From: a virus
Taxonomy: Duplodnaviria > Heunggongvirae > Uroviricota > Caudoviricetes
Reading direction: 5' to 3' (one strand)
Length of the DNA: 42,009 nucleotides
IMG/VR virus record: IMGVR_UViG_2541047963_000003
Shown piece after piece: positions 29,403-38,467 of the stretch (position 1 is its first letter; each line of letters opens with the position of its first letter). Below the pieces are notes generated by a model. That model saw only the letters and a program-made list of their open reading frames with translations, was not told the DNA's origin and did no database searches. Made by a program: the position numbers and the translations under genes.

Positions 29403-31944
29403 ACCGGTAGGCGATCTGGTCGTTGATTTAAGTCTGGATGCGGCCAGATTTGACGAGCAGATGGCCAGAGTCAGGCGTCATTTTTCCGGTACGGAAAGTG
29501 ATGCGAAAAAAACAGCGGCAGTCGTTGAACAGTCGATGAGCCGGCAGGCGCTGGCTGCACAGAAAGCGGGGATTTCCGTCGGGCAGTATAAAGCCGCCAT
29601 GCGTATGCTGCCTGCGCAGTTCACCGACGTGGCCACGCAGCTTGCAGGCGGGCAGAGTCCGTGGCTGATCCTGCTGCAACAGGGTGGTCAGGTGAAGGAC
29701 TCCTTCGGCGGGATGATCCCCATGTTCAGGGGGCTTGCCGGTGCGATCACCCTGCCGATGGTCGGGGCCACCTCGCTGGCAGTGGCGACCGGTGCACTGG
29801 CGTATGCCTGGTATCAGGGCAACTCAACCCTGTCTGAGTTCAACAAAACGCTGGTCCTTTCCGGTCATCAGTCAGGTCTGACGGCAGATCGCATGCTGGT
29901 CCTGTCCAGAGCCGGGCAGGCGGCAGGGCTGACGTTTAACCAGACCAGCGAGTCACTCAGCGCACTGGTTAAGGCGGGGGTAAGCGGTGAGGCTCAGATT
30001 GCGTCCATCAGCCAGAGTGTGGCGCGTTTCTCCTCTGCATCCGGCGTGGAGGTGGACAAGGTCGCTGAAGCCTTCGGGAAGCTGACCACAGACCCGACGT
30101 CGGGGCTGACGGCGATGGCGCGCCAGTTCCATAACGTGACGGCGGAGCAGATTGCGTATGTTGCTCAGTTGCAGCGTTCCGGCGAAGAAGCCGGGGCATT
30201 GCAGGCGGCGAACGAGGCCGCGACGAAAGGGTTTGATGACCAGACCCGCCGCCTGAAAGAGAACATGGGCACGCTGGAGACCTGGGCAGACAGGACAGCG
30301 CGGGCATTCAAATCCATGTGGGATGCGGTGCTGGATATTGGTCGTCCTGATACCGCGCAGGAGATGCTGATTAAGGCAGAGGCTGCGTTTAAGAAAGCAG
30401 ACGACATCTGGAATCTGCGCAAGGATGATTATTTTGTTAACGATGAAGCGCGGGCGCGTTACTGGGATGATCGTGAAAAGGCCCGTCTTGCGCTTGAAGC
30501 CGCCCGAAAGAAGGCTGAGCAGCAGAGTCAACAGGACAAAAATGCGCAGCAGCAGAGCGATACCGAAGCGTCACGGCTGAAATATACCGAAGAGGCGCAG
30601 AAGGCTTACGAACGGCTGCAGACGCCGCTGGAGAAATATACCGCCCGTCAGGAAGAACTGAATAAGGCCCTGAAAGACGGAAAAATCCTGCAGGCAGATT
30701 ACAACACGCTGATGGCGGCGGCGAAAAAGGACTATGAAGCGACACTGAAAAAGCCGAAACAGTCCGGCGTGAAGGTGTCTGCAGGAGAGCGTCAGGAAGA
30801 CAGTGCTCATGCCGCCCTGCTGACGCTTCAGGCAGAACTCCGGACGCTGGAGAAGCATGCCGGAGCGAATGAGAAAATCAGCCAGCAGCGCCGGGATTTG
30901 TGGAAGGCGGAGAGTCAGTTCGCGGTACTGGAGGAGGCGGCGCAACGTCGCCAGCTGTCTGCACAGGAGAAATCCCTGCTGGCGCATAAAGATGAGACGC
31001 TGGAGTACAAACGCCAGCTGGCTGCACTTGGCGACAAGGTCACCTATCAGGAGCACCTGAACGCGCTGGCACAGCAGGCGGATAAATTCGCACAGCAGCA
31101 ACGGGCAAAACGGGCCGCCATTGATGCAAAAAACCGGGGGCTGACTGACCGGCAGGCAGCGCGGGAAGCCACGGAACAGCGCCTGAAGGAACAGTATGGC
31201 GATAATTCTCTGGCGCTGAATAACGTCATGTCAGAGCAGAAAAAGACCTGGGCGGCTGAAGGCCAGCTTCGCGGGAGCTGGATGGCAGGCCTGAAGTCCG
31301 GCTGGAGTGAGTGGGAAGAGAGCGCCACGGACAGTATGTCGCAGGTAAAAAGTGCAGCCACGCAGACCTTTGATGGCATTGCACAGAATATGGCGGCGAT
31401 GCTGACCGGCAGTGAGCAGAACTGGCGCAGCTTCACCCGTTCCGTGCTGTCCATGATGACAGAAATTTTGCTTAAGCAGGCAATGGTGGGGATTGTCGGA
31501 AGTATCGGCAGCGCCATTGGCGGCGGCGCATCAGCGTCAGGCGTTACAGCCATTCAGGCAGCTGCGGCGAAATTCCATTTTGCGACCGGAGGATTTACGG
31601 GAACCGGCGGCAAATATGAGCCAGCGGGGATTGTTCACCGTGGTGAATTTGTCTTCACGAAGGAGGCAACCAGCCGGATTGGCGTAGGAAATCTTTACCG
31701 GCTGATGCGCGGCTATGCCACCGGTGGTTATGTCGGTGGCACCGGAAGTCCGGCGCAAATGCGGCGTTCAGAGGGTATCAGATTTGAGCAGAACAACAAC
31801 GTGGTGATTCAGAACGACGGTACGAATGGTCTGCCAGGTCCACAGATGCTGAAGGCAGTGTATGACATGGCCCGCAAGGGTGCCCGTGATGAAATTCAGG
31901 CACAGATGCGCGATGGTGGTCTGTTCTCCGGAGGTGGACGATGA
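29395..31944 (+). CDS. H: Tape-measure protein H
   Basis: 849-aa ORF in the lambda H position with coiled-coil-rich centre and Gly-rich C-terminus. Confidence 0.9.
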   Translation: MAEPVGDLVVDLSLDAARFDEQMARVRRHFSGTESDAKKTAAVVEQSMSRQALAAQKAGISVGQYKAAMRMLPAQFTDVATQLAGGQSPWLILLQQGGQVKDSFGGMIPMFRGLAGAITLPMVGATSLAVATGALAYAWYQGNSTLSEFNKTLVLSGHQSGLTADRMLVLSRAGQAAGLTFNQTSESLSALVKAGVSGEAQIASISQSVARFSSASGVEVDKVAEAFGKLTTDPTSGLTAMARQFHNVTAEQIAYVAQLQRSGEEAGALQAANEAATKGFDDQTRRLKENMGTLETWADRTARAFKSMWDAVLDIGRPDTAQEMLIKAEAAFKKADDIWNLRKDDYFVNDEARARYWDDREKARLALEAARKKAEQQSQQDKNAQQQSDTEASRLKYTEEAQKAYERLQTPLEKYTARQEELNKALKDGKILQADYNTLMAAAKKDYEATLKKPKQSGVKVSAGERQEDSAHAALLTLQAELRTLEKHAGANEKISQQRRDLWKAESQFAVLEEAAQRRQLSAQEKSLLAHKDETLEYKRQLAALGDKVTYQEHLNALAQQADKFAQQQRAKRAAIDAKNRGLTDRQAAREATEQRLKEQYGDNSLALNNVMSEQKKTWAAEGQLRGSWMAGLKSGWSEWEESATDSMSQVKSAATQTFDGIAQNMAAMLTGSEQNWRSFTRSVLSMMTEILLKQAMVGIVGSIGSAIGGGASASGVTAIQAAAAKFHFATGGFTGTGGKYEPAGIVHRGEFVFTKEATSRIGVGNLYRLMRGYATGGYVGGTGSPAQMRRSEGIRFEQNNNVVIQNDGTNGLPGPQMLKAVYDMARKGARDEIQAQMRDGGLFSGGGR

Positions 31945-32270
31945 AGACCTTCCGCTGGAAAGTGAAACCCGGTATGGATGTGGCTTCGGCCCCTTCCGTC
32001 AGGAAAGTGCGCTTTGGTGATGGCTATTCCCAGCGAGCGCCTGCCGGGCTGAATGCCGACCTGAAAACGTACAGCGTGACGCTTTCTGTTCCCCGTTGGG
32101 AGGCCACGGCGCTGGAGTCGTTTCTGGCTGAGCACGGGGGCTGGAAAGCCTTTCTGTGGACGCCGCCTTATGAGTGGCGGCAGATAAAGGTGACCTGCGC
32201 AAAATGGTCGTCGCGGGTCAGTATGCTGCGTGTTGAGTTCAGCGCAGAGTTTGAACAGGTGGTGAACTGA
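31941..32270 (+). CDS. M: Minor tail protein M
   Basis: 109-aa ORF matching lambda M. Confidence 0.9.
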   Translation: MKTFRWKVKPGMDVASAPSVRKVRFGDGYSQRAPAGLNADLKTYSVTLSVPRWEATALESFLAEHGGWKAFLWTPPYEWRQIKVTCAKWSSRVSMLRVEFSAEFEQVVN

Positions 32271-32968
32271 TGCAGAATATCCGGCAGGAAACACTGAATG
32301 AATGCACCCGTGCGGAGCAGTCGGCCAGCGTGGTGCTCTGGGAAATCGATCTGACAGAGGGCGGTGGAGAACGTTATTTTTTCTGTAATGAGCAGAACGA
32401 AAAAGGTGAGCCGGTCACCTGGCAGGGGCGACAGTATCAGCCGTATCCCATTCAGGGGAGTGGTTTTGAACTGAATGGCAAAGGCACCAGTACGCGCCCC
32501 ACGCTGACGGTTTCTAACCTGTACGGTATGGTTACCGGTATGGTGGAAGATATGCAGAGTCTGGTCGGCGGAACGGTGGTCAGGCGTAAGGTTTACGCCC
32601 GTTTTCTGGATGCGGTGAACTTCGTCAACGGAAACAGCGATGCCGATCCGGAGCAGGAGGTGATCAGTCGCTGGCGCATCGAGCAGTGCAGCGAACTGAG
32701 CGCGGTCAGTGCCTCCTTTGTACTGTCCACACCGACGGAAACGGACGGCGCTGTTTTTCCGGGACGTATCATGCTGGCCAACACCTGCACCTGGACCTAT
32801 CGCGGTGATGAGTGCGGTTATCACGGTCCGGCAGTCGCGGATGAATATGACCAGCCGACGTCCGATATCACGAAGGATAAATGCAGCAAATGCCTGAGCG
32901 GCTGTAAGTTTCGCAATAACGTCGGCAACTTTGGCGGCTTCCTTTCCATTAACAAACTTTCGCAGTAA
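32270..32968 (+). CDS. L: Minor tail protein L
   Basis: 232-aa ORF matching lambda L. Confidence 0.9.
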   Translation: MQNIRQETLNECTRAEQSASVVLWEIDLTEGGGERYFFCNEQNEKGEPVTWQGRQYQPYPIQGSGFELNGKGTSTRPTLTVSNLYGMVTGMVEDMQSLVGGTVVRRKVYARFLDAVNFVNGNSDADPEQEVISRWRIEQCSELSAVSASFVLSTPTETDGAVFPGRIMLANTCTWTYRGDECGYHGPAVADEYDQPTSDITKDKCSKCLSGCKFRNNVGNFGGFLSINKLSQ

Positions 32969-32973
32969 ATCCC

Positions 32974-33717
32974 ATGACAGAAACAGAATCAGCGATTCTG
33001 GCGCACGCCCGGCGATGTGCGCCAGCGGAGTCGTGCGGCTTCGTGGTGAGAACGCCGGAGGGAGAAAGATATTTTCCCTGCGTGAATATCTCCGGTGAGC
33101 CGGAGGCGTATTTCCGGATGTCGCCGGAGGACTGGCTGCGGGCAGAAATGCAGGGTGAGATTGTGGCGCTGGTCCACAGCCACCCCGGTGGTCTGCCCTG
33201 GCTGAGTGAGGCTGACCGGCGGCTGCAGGTGCAGAGTGATTTGCCGTGGTGGCTGGTCTGCCGGGGTGAGATTCATAAATTCCGCTGTGTGCCGCATCTC
33301 ACCGGGCGGCGCTTTGAGCACGGGGTGACGGACTGTTACACGCTGTTCCGGGATGCTTACCATCTGGCAGGGATTGAGATGCCGGATTTTCATCGCGGGG
33401 ATGACTGGTGGCGTAACGGTCAGAATCTCTATCTGGATAATCTGGAGGCCACAGGGCTGTATCAGGTGCCGTTGTCAGCGGCGCAGCCGGGCGATGTGCT
33501 GCTGTGCTGTTTTGGTTCATCGGTGCCGAATCATGCCGCTATTTACTGCGGCGACGGCGAGCTGCTGCACCATATTCCTGAACAACTGAGCAAACGAGAG
33601 AGGTATACCGACAAATGGCAGCGACGCACACACTCCCTCTGGCGTCACCGGGCATGGCGCGCATCTGCCTTTACGGGGATTTACAACGATTTGGCCGCCG
33701 CATCGACCTTCGTGTGA
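32974..33717 (+). CDS. K: Tail assembly protein K (JAMM/MPN plus NlpC/P60 domains)
   Basis: 247-aa ORF from ATG 32974; JAMM-like HSHPGGLPWLSEAD and NlpC/P60-like Cys/His region (GVTDCYTLF...NHAAIY); overlaps I by 103 nt as in lambda. Confidence 0.85.
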   Translation: MTETESAILAHARRCAPAESCGFVVRTPEGERYFPCVNISGEPEAYFRMSPEDWLRAEMQGEIVALVHSHPGGLPWLSEADRRLQVQSDLPWWLVCRGEIHKFRCVPHLTGRRFEHGVTDCYTLFRDAYHLAGIEMPDFHRGDDWWRNGQNLYLDNLEATGLYQVPLSAAQPGDVLLCCFGSSVPNHAAIYCGDGELLHHIPEQLSKRERYTDKWQRRTHSLWRHRAWRASAFTGIYNDLAAASTFV

Positions 33718-34286
33718 AAACGGGGGCTGAAGCCATCCGCGCACTGGCCACACAGCTCCCGGCGTTTCGTCAGAAACTGAGCGACGGCTGGTATCAGGTA
33801 CGGATTGCCGGGCAGGATGTCAGCACGTCCGGATTAACGGCGCAGTTACATGAGACTCTGCCTGATGGCGCTGTGATTCATATTGTTCCCAGAGTCGCCG
33901 GGGCCAAGTCAGGTGGTGTATTCCAGATTGTCCTGGGAGCAGCCGCCATTGCCGGATCATTCTTTACTGCCGGAGCCACCCTTGCAGCGTGGGGGGCAGC
34001 CATTGGGGCCGGTGGTATGACCGGCATCCTGTTTTCTCTCGGTGCCAGTATGGTGCTCGGTGGTGTGGCCCAGATGCTGGCACCGAAAGCCAGAACTCCC
34101 CGTACACAGACAACGGATAACGGCAAACAAAACACCTATTTCTCCTCACTGGATAACATGGTTGCCCAGGGCAATGTTCTGCCCGTTCTGTACGGTGAAA
34201 TGCGCGTGGGATCACGTGTGGTTTCTCAGGAGATTAGCACGGCAGACGAAGGGGATGGTGGTCAGGTTGTGGTGATTGGTCGCTGA
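33615..34286 (+). CDS. I: Tail assembly protein I
   Basis: 223-aa ORF matching lambda gpI. Confidence 0.9.
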   Translation: MAATHTLPLASPGMARICLYGDLQRFGRRIDLRVKTGAEAIRALATQLPAFRQKLSDGWYQVRIAGQDVSTSGLTAQLHETLPDGAVIHIVPRVAGAKSGGVFQIVLGAAAIAGSFFTAGATLAAWGAAIGAGGMTGILFSLGASMVLGGVAQMLAPKARTPRTQTTDNGKQNTYFSSLDNMVAQGNVLPVLYGEMRVGSRVVSQEISTADEGDGGQVVVIGR

Positions 34287-34346
34287 TGCAAAATGTTTTA
34301 TGTGAAACCGCCTCCGGGCGGTTTTATCGTTTATGGAGCATGACGA

Positions 34347-37300
34347 ATGGGTAAAGGCAGCAGTAAGGGGCATACCCCGCGCGAAGCGAAGGACAACCTG
34401 AAGTCCACGCAGCTGCTGAGTGTGATCGATGCCATCAGCGAAGGGCCGGTTGAAGGTCCGGTGGATGGATTAAAAAGCGTGCTGCTGAACAGTACGCCGG
34501 TGCTGGACAGTGAGGGGAATACCAATATATCCGGCGTCACGGTGGTGTTCCGGGCCGGTGAGCAGGAGCAGACACCGCCGGAGGGATTTGAATCCTCCGG
34601 CTCCGAGACGGTGCTCGGTACAGAAGTGAAATATGACACGCCGATCACCCGGACCATCACGTCGGCAAATATTGACCGTCTGCGTTTTACTTTCGGCGTG
34701 CAGGCACTGGTGGAAACCACCTCAAAGGGGGACAGGAATCCATCGGAAGTCCGCCTGCTGGTTCAGATACAACGTAACGGTGGCTGGGTGACGGAAAAAG
34801 ACATCACCATTAAGGGTAAAACCACTTCACAGTATCTGGCCTCGGTGGTGGTGGATAACCTGCCGCCGCGCCCGTTCAGTATCCGGATGCGCAGGATGAC
34901 GCCGGACAGCACCACAGACCAGCTGCAGAACAAAACGCTCTGGTCGTCATACACCGAAATTATCGATGTGAAACAGTGCTACCCGAACACGGCACTGGTC
35001 GGCGTGCAGGTGGACTCGGAGCAGTTCGGCAGCCAGCAGGTGAGCCGTAATTATCATCTGCGCGGGCGTATTCTGCAGGTGCCGTCGAATTATAACCCGC
35101 AGACGCGGCAATACAGCGGTATCTGGGACGGAACGTTTAAACCGGCATACAGCAACAACATGGCCTGGTGTCTGTGGGATATGCTGACCCATCCGCGCTA
35201 CGGCATGGGGAAACGTCTTGGTGCGGCGGATGTGGATAAATGGGCGCTGTATGTCATCGGCCAGTACTGCGACCAGTCGGTGCCGGACGGCTTTGGCGGC
35301 ACGGAGCCGCGCATCACCTGTAATGCGTACCTGACCACACAGCGCAAGGCGTGGGATGTGCTCAGTGATTTCTGCTCGGCGATGCGCTGTATGCCGGTAT
35401 GGAACGGGCAGACGCTGACGTTCGTGCAGGACCGACCATCAGATAAGGTGTGGACCTATAACCGCAGTAATGTGGTGATGCCGGATGATGGCGCGCCGTT
35501 CCGCTACAGCTTCAGCGCCCTGAAGGACCGCCATAATGCCGTTGAGGTGAACTGGATTGACCCGAACAACGGCTGGGAGACGGCGACAGAGCTTGTTGAA
35601 GATATGCAGGCCATTGCCCGTTACGGTCGTAATGTTACGAAGATGGATGCCTTTGGCTGTACCAGCCGGGGGCAGGCACACCGCGCCGGGCTGTGGCTGA
35701 TTAAAACGGAGCTGCTGGAGACGCAGACCGTGGATTTCAGCGTGGGTGCCGAAGGGCTTCGCCATGTGCCGGGTGATGTTATTGAAATCTGCGATGATGA
35801 CTATGCGGGGATCAGCATCGGCGGGCGCGTGCTGGCTGTGAACAGCCAGACCCGGACGCTGACGCTCGACCGTGAAATCACGCTGCCATCCTCCGGTACC
35901 ACGCTGATAAGCCTGGTTGACGGAAGTGGCAATCCGGTCAGCGTGGAGGTCCAGTCCGTCACCGACGGCGTGAAGGTAAAAGTGAGCCGTGTTCCTGACG
36001 GCGTTGCCGGATACAGCGTATGGGGGCTGAAGCTGCCGACGCTGCGCCAGCGCCTGTTCCGCTGCGTGAGTATCCGTGAGAACGATGACGGCACGTATGC
36101 CATCACCGCCGTGCAGCATGTACCGGAAAAAGAGTCCATCGTGGATAACGGGGCGCACTTTGACGGCGACCAGAGCGGCACGGTGAATGGTGTCACGCCG
36201 CCAGCGGTGCAGCACCTGACTGCCGAAGTCACCGCAGACAGCGGGGAATATCAGGTGCTGGCGCGCTGGGACACGCCGAAGGTGGTGAAGGGGGCGAGCT
36301 TTATGCTTCGCCTGACCGTGGCAGCGGATGACGGCAGTGAGCGGCTGGTCAGCACGGCCCGGACGACGGAAACCACATACCGCTTCACGCAACTGGCGCT
36401 GGGGAACTACAGGCTGACAGTCCGGGCGGTAAATGCGTGGGGACAGCAGGGCGATCCGGCATCGGTATCGTTCCGGATTGCCGCACCGGCAGCGCCGTCT
36501 CGGATTGAGCTGACACCGGGCTATTTTCAGATAACCGCCACGCCGCATCTTGCGGTTTATGACCCGACGGTACAGTTTGAGTTCTGGTTCTCGGAAAAGC
36601 GGATTGCGGATATCAGGCAGGTTGAAACCACAGCCCGCTATCTTGGTACGGCGCTGTACTGGATAGCCGCCAGTATCAATATCAAACCGGGCCATGATTA
36701 TTACTTTTATATCCGCAGTGTGAACACCGTAGGCAAATCGGCATTTGTGGAGGCCGTCGGTCGGGCGAGCGATGATGCGGAAGGTTACCTGGATTTTTTC
36801 AAAGGGCAGATAACCGAATCCCATCTCGGCAAGGAGCTGCTGGAAAAAGTCGAGCTGACGGAGGATAACGCCAGCAAACTGGAGGAGTTTTCGAAAGAGT
36901 GGAAGGACGCCAACGATAAATGGAATGCCATGTGGGGCGTCAAAATTGAGCAGACCGAAGACGGTAAGCATTATGTCGCGGGGCTTGGCCTCAGCATGGA
37001 GGATACAGAGGAAGGCAAACTGAGCCAGTTTCTGGTTGCCGCCAATCGTATCGCGTTTATTGACCCGGCAAACGGGAATGAAACGCCGATGTTTGTGGCG
37101 CAGGGCAACCAGATATTCATGAACGACGTGTTCCTGAAACGCCTGACGGCCCCCACCATTACCAGTGGTGGAAATCCACCGGCATTTTCCCTGACACCGG
37201 ACGGAAAGCTGACTGCTAAAAATGCGGATATCAGTGGCAGTGTGAATGCGAACTCCGGGACGCTCAACAACGTCACGATTAATGAGAATTGTACGATTAA

Positions 37301-37742
37301 GGGGAAGCTGTCAGCCAACCAGATTGAAGGTGATATTGTCAAAACAGTGGGTAAGGCTTTCCCGCGGGACTCCCGGGCACCGGAGCGGTGGCCATCAGGG
37401 ACCATTACCGTCAGGATTTATGACGATCAGCCTTTTGACAGGCAAATTGTTATTCCGGCGGTGGCATTCAGCGGCGCTAAACATGAGCGGGAGAATAACG
37501 ATATTTATTCGTCATGCCGCCTGATAGTACGGAAAAACGGTGCTGAAATTTATAACCGTACCGCGCTGGATAATACGCTGATTTACAGTAGTGTTATTGA
37601 TATGCCAGCTGGTCGCGGCCACATGACGCTGGAGTTTTCGGTGTCAGCATGGCTGGTAAATGACTGGTATCCCACAGCAAGTATCAGTGATTTGCTGGTT
37701 GTGGTGATGAAGAAAGCCACCGCAGGCATCAGTATCAGCTGA
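34347..37742 (+). CDS. J: Central tail fibre / host-specificity protein J
   Basis: 1131-aa ORF matching lambda gpJ in position and length. Confidence 0.95.
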   Translation: MGKGSSKGHTPREAKDNLKSTQLLSVIDAISEGPVEGPVDGLKSVLLNSTPVLDSEGNTNISGVTVVFRAGEQEQTPPEGFESSGSETVLGTEVKYDTPITRTITSANIDRLRFTFGVQALVETTSKGDRNPSEVRLLVQIQRNGGWVTEKDITIKGKTTSQYLASVVVDNLPPRPFSIRMRRMTPDSTTDQLQNKTLWSSYTEIIDVKQCYPNTALVGVQVDSEQFGSQQVSRNYHLRGRILQVPSNYNPQTRQYSGIWDGTFKPAYSNNMAWCLWDMLTHPRYGMGKRLGAADVDKWALYVIGQYCDQSVPDGFGGTEPRITCNAYLTTQRKAWDVLSDFCSAMRCMPVWNGQTLTFVQDRPSDKVWTYNRSNVVMPDDGAPFRYSFSALKDRHNAVEVNWIDPNNGWETATELVEDMQAIARYGRNVTKMDAFGCTSRGQAHRAGLWLIKTELLETQTVDFSVGAEGLRHVPGDVIEICDDDYAGISIGGRVLAVNSQTRTLTLDREITLPSSGTTLISLVDGSGNPVSVEVQSVTDGVKVKVSRVPDGVAGYSVWGLKLPTLRQRLFRCVSIRENDDGTYAITAVQHVPEKESIVDNGAHFDGDQSGTVNGVTPPAVQHLTAEVTADSGEYQVLARWDTPKVVKGASFMLRLTVAADDGSERLVSTARTTETTYRFTQLALGNYRLTVRAVNAWGQQGDPASVSFRIAAPAAPSRIELTPGYFQITATPHLAVYDPTVQFEFWFSEKRIADIRQVETTARYLGTALYWIAASINIKPGHDYYFYIRSVNTVGKSAFVEAVGRASDDAEGYLDFFKGQITESHLGKELLEKVELTEDNASKLEEFSKEWKDANDKWNAMWGVKIEQTEDGKHYVAGLGLSMEDTEEGKLSQFLVAANRIAFIDPANGNETPMFVAQGNQIFMNDVFLKRLTAPTITSGGNPPAFSLTPDGKLTAKNADISGSVNANSGTLNNVTINENCTIKGKLSANQIEGDIVKTVGKAFPRDSRAPERWPSGTITVRIYDDQPFDRQIVIPAVAFSGAKHERENNDIYSSCRLIVRKNGAEIYNRTALDNTLIYSSVIDMPAGRGHMTLEFSVSAWLVNDWYPTASISDLLVVVMKKATAGISIS

Positions 37743-37760
37743 ATTTTATAACCCCAATAC

Positions 37761-37788
37761 GGGCGCCAGAAATGGCGCCTTTTTTATT
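37761..37788 (+). terminator. Intrinsic terminator after J
   Basis: GGGCGCC-AGAAAT-GGCGCC followed by TTTTTTATT. Confidence 0.7.
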
Positions 37789-37809
37789 GCAGAAAAGCGA
37801 GAGGTAATT

Positions 37810-38409
37810 ATGCGTAAAGTTTATGCAGCCATTTTGTCCGCAGCCATCTGTCTGGCCGTATCCGGTGCGCCTGCATGGGCATCTGAGCAGCAGGCCACAC
37901 TGAGCGCAGGGTATCTTCATGCCCGTACGAACGCTCCCGGCAGCGATAATCTGAACGGGATTAACGTGAAATACCGTTATGAGTTTACGGACACGCTGGG
38001 GCTGATTACGTCATTCAGTTATGCCAACGCTGAAGATGAGCAAAAAACGCATTACAGCGATACCCGCTGGCATGAGGATTCCGTGCGTAACCGCTGGTTC
38101 AGCGTGATGGCGGGACCGTCTGTGCGCGTGAATGAATGGTTCAGCGCGTATGCGATGGCGGGGGTGGCTTACAGCCGTGTTTCGACCTTCTCCGGGGATT
38201 ATCTGCAGGTGACCGACAACAAGGGGAAAACGCACGATGTGCTGACCGGAAGTGATGACGGTCGCCACAGCAACACGTCTCTGGCGTGGGGGGCTGGCGT
38301 GCAGTTTAACCCGACCGAATCCGTGGCCATTGATATTGCTTATGAAGGCTCCGGCAGTGGTGACTGGCGCACTGACGGTTTCATCGTGGGTGTCGGTTAT
38401 AAATTCTGA
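37810..38409 (+). CDS. lom: Outer-membrane protein Lom (Ail/Lom family moron)
   Basis: 199-aa ORF with signal peptide and C-terminal ...GVGYKF beta-barrel terminus; matches lambda Lom. Confidence 0.9.
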   Translation: MRKVYAAILSAAICLAVSGAPAWASEQQATLSAGYLHARTNAPGSDNLNGINVKYRYEFTDTLGLITSFSYANAEDEQKTHYSDTRWHEDSVRNRWFSVMAGPSVRVNEWFSAYAMAGVAYSRVSTFSGDYLQVTDNKGKTHDVLTGSDDGRHSNTSLAWGAGVQFNPTESVAIDIAYEGSGSGDWRTDGFIVGVGYKF

Positions 38410-38435
38410 TTAGCCAGGTAACACAGTGTTATGAC

Positions 38436-38463
38436 AGCCCGCCGGTTCAGGCGGGCTTTTTTG
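38436..38463 (+). terminator. Intrinsic terminator after lom
   Basis: AGCCCGCC-GGTTCA-GGCGGGCT followed by TTTTTTG; ends 5 nt before the stf start. Confidence 0.75.
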
Positions 38464-38467
38464 TGGG

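Noticed and set aside
30437-31553. Several 100-190-aa minus-strand ORFs inside H
   Set aside because: Antisense shadow ORFs within the tape-measure gene; compositionally biased.
35439-36971. 510-aa ORF on the minus strand inside J
   Set aside because: Antisense to a well-supported, conserved coding gene; Arg/Leu/Pro-rich composition typical of shadow ORFs in GC-rich coding DNA; no start context examined that would support it.
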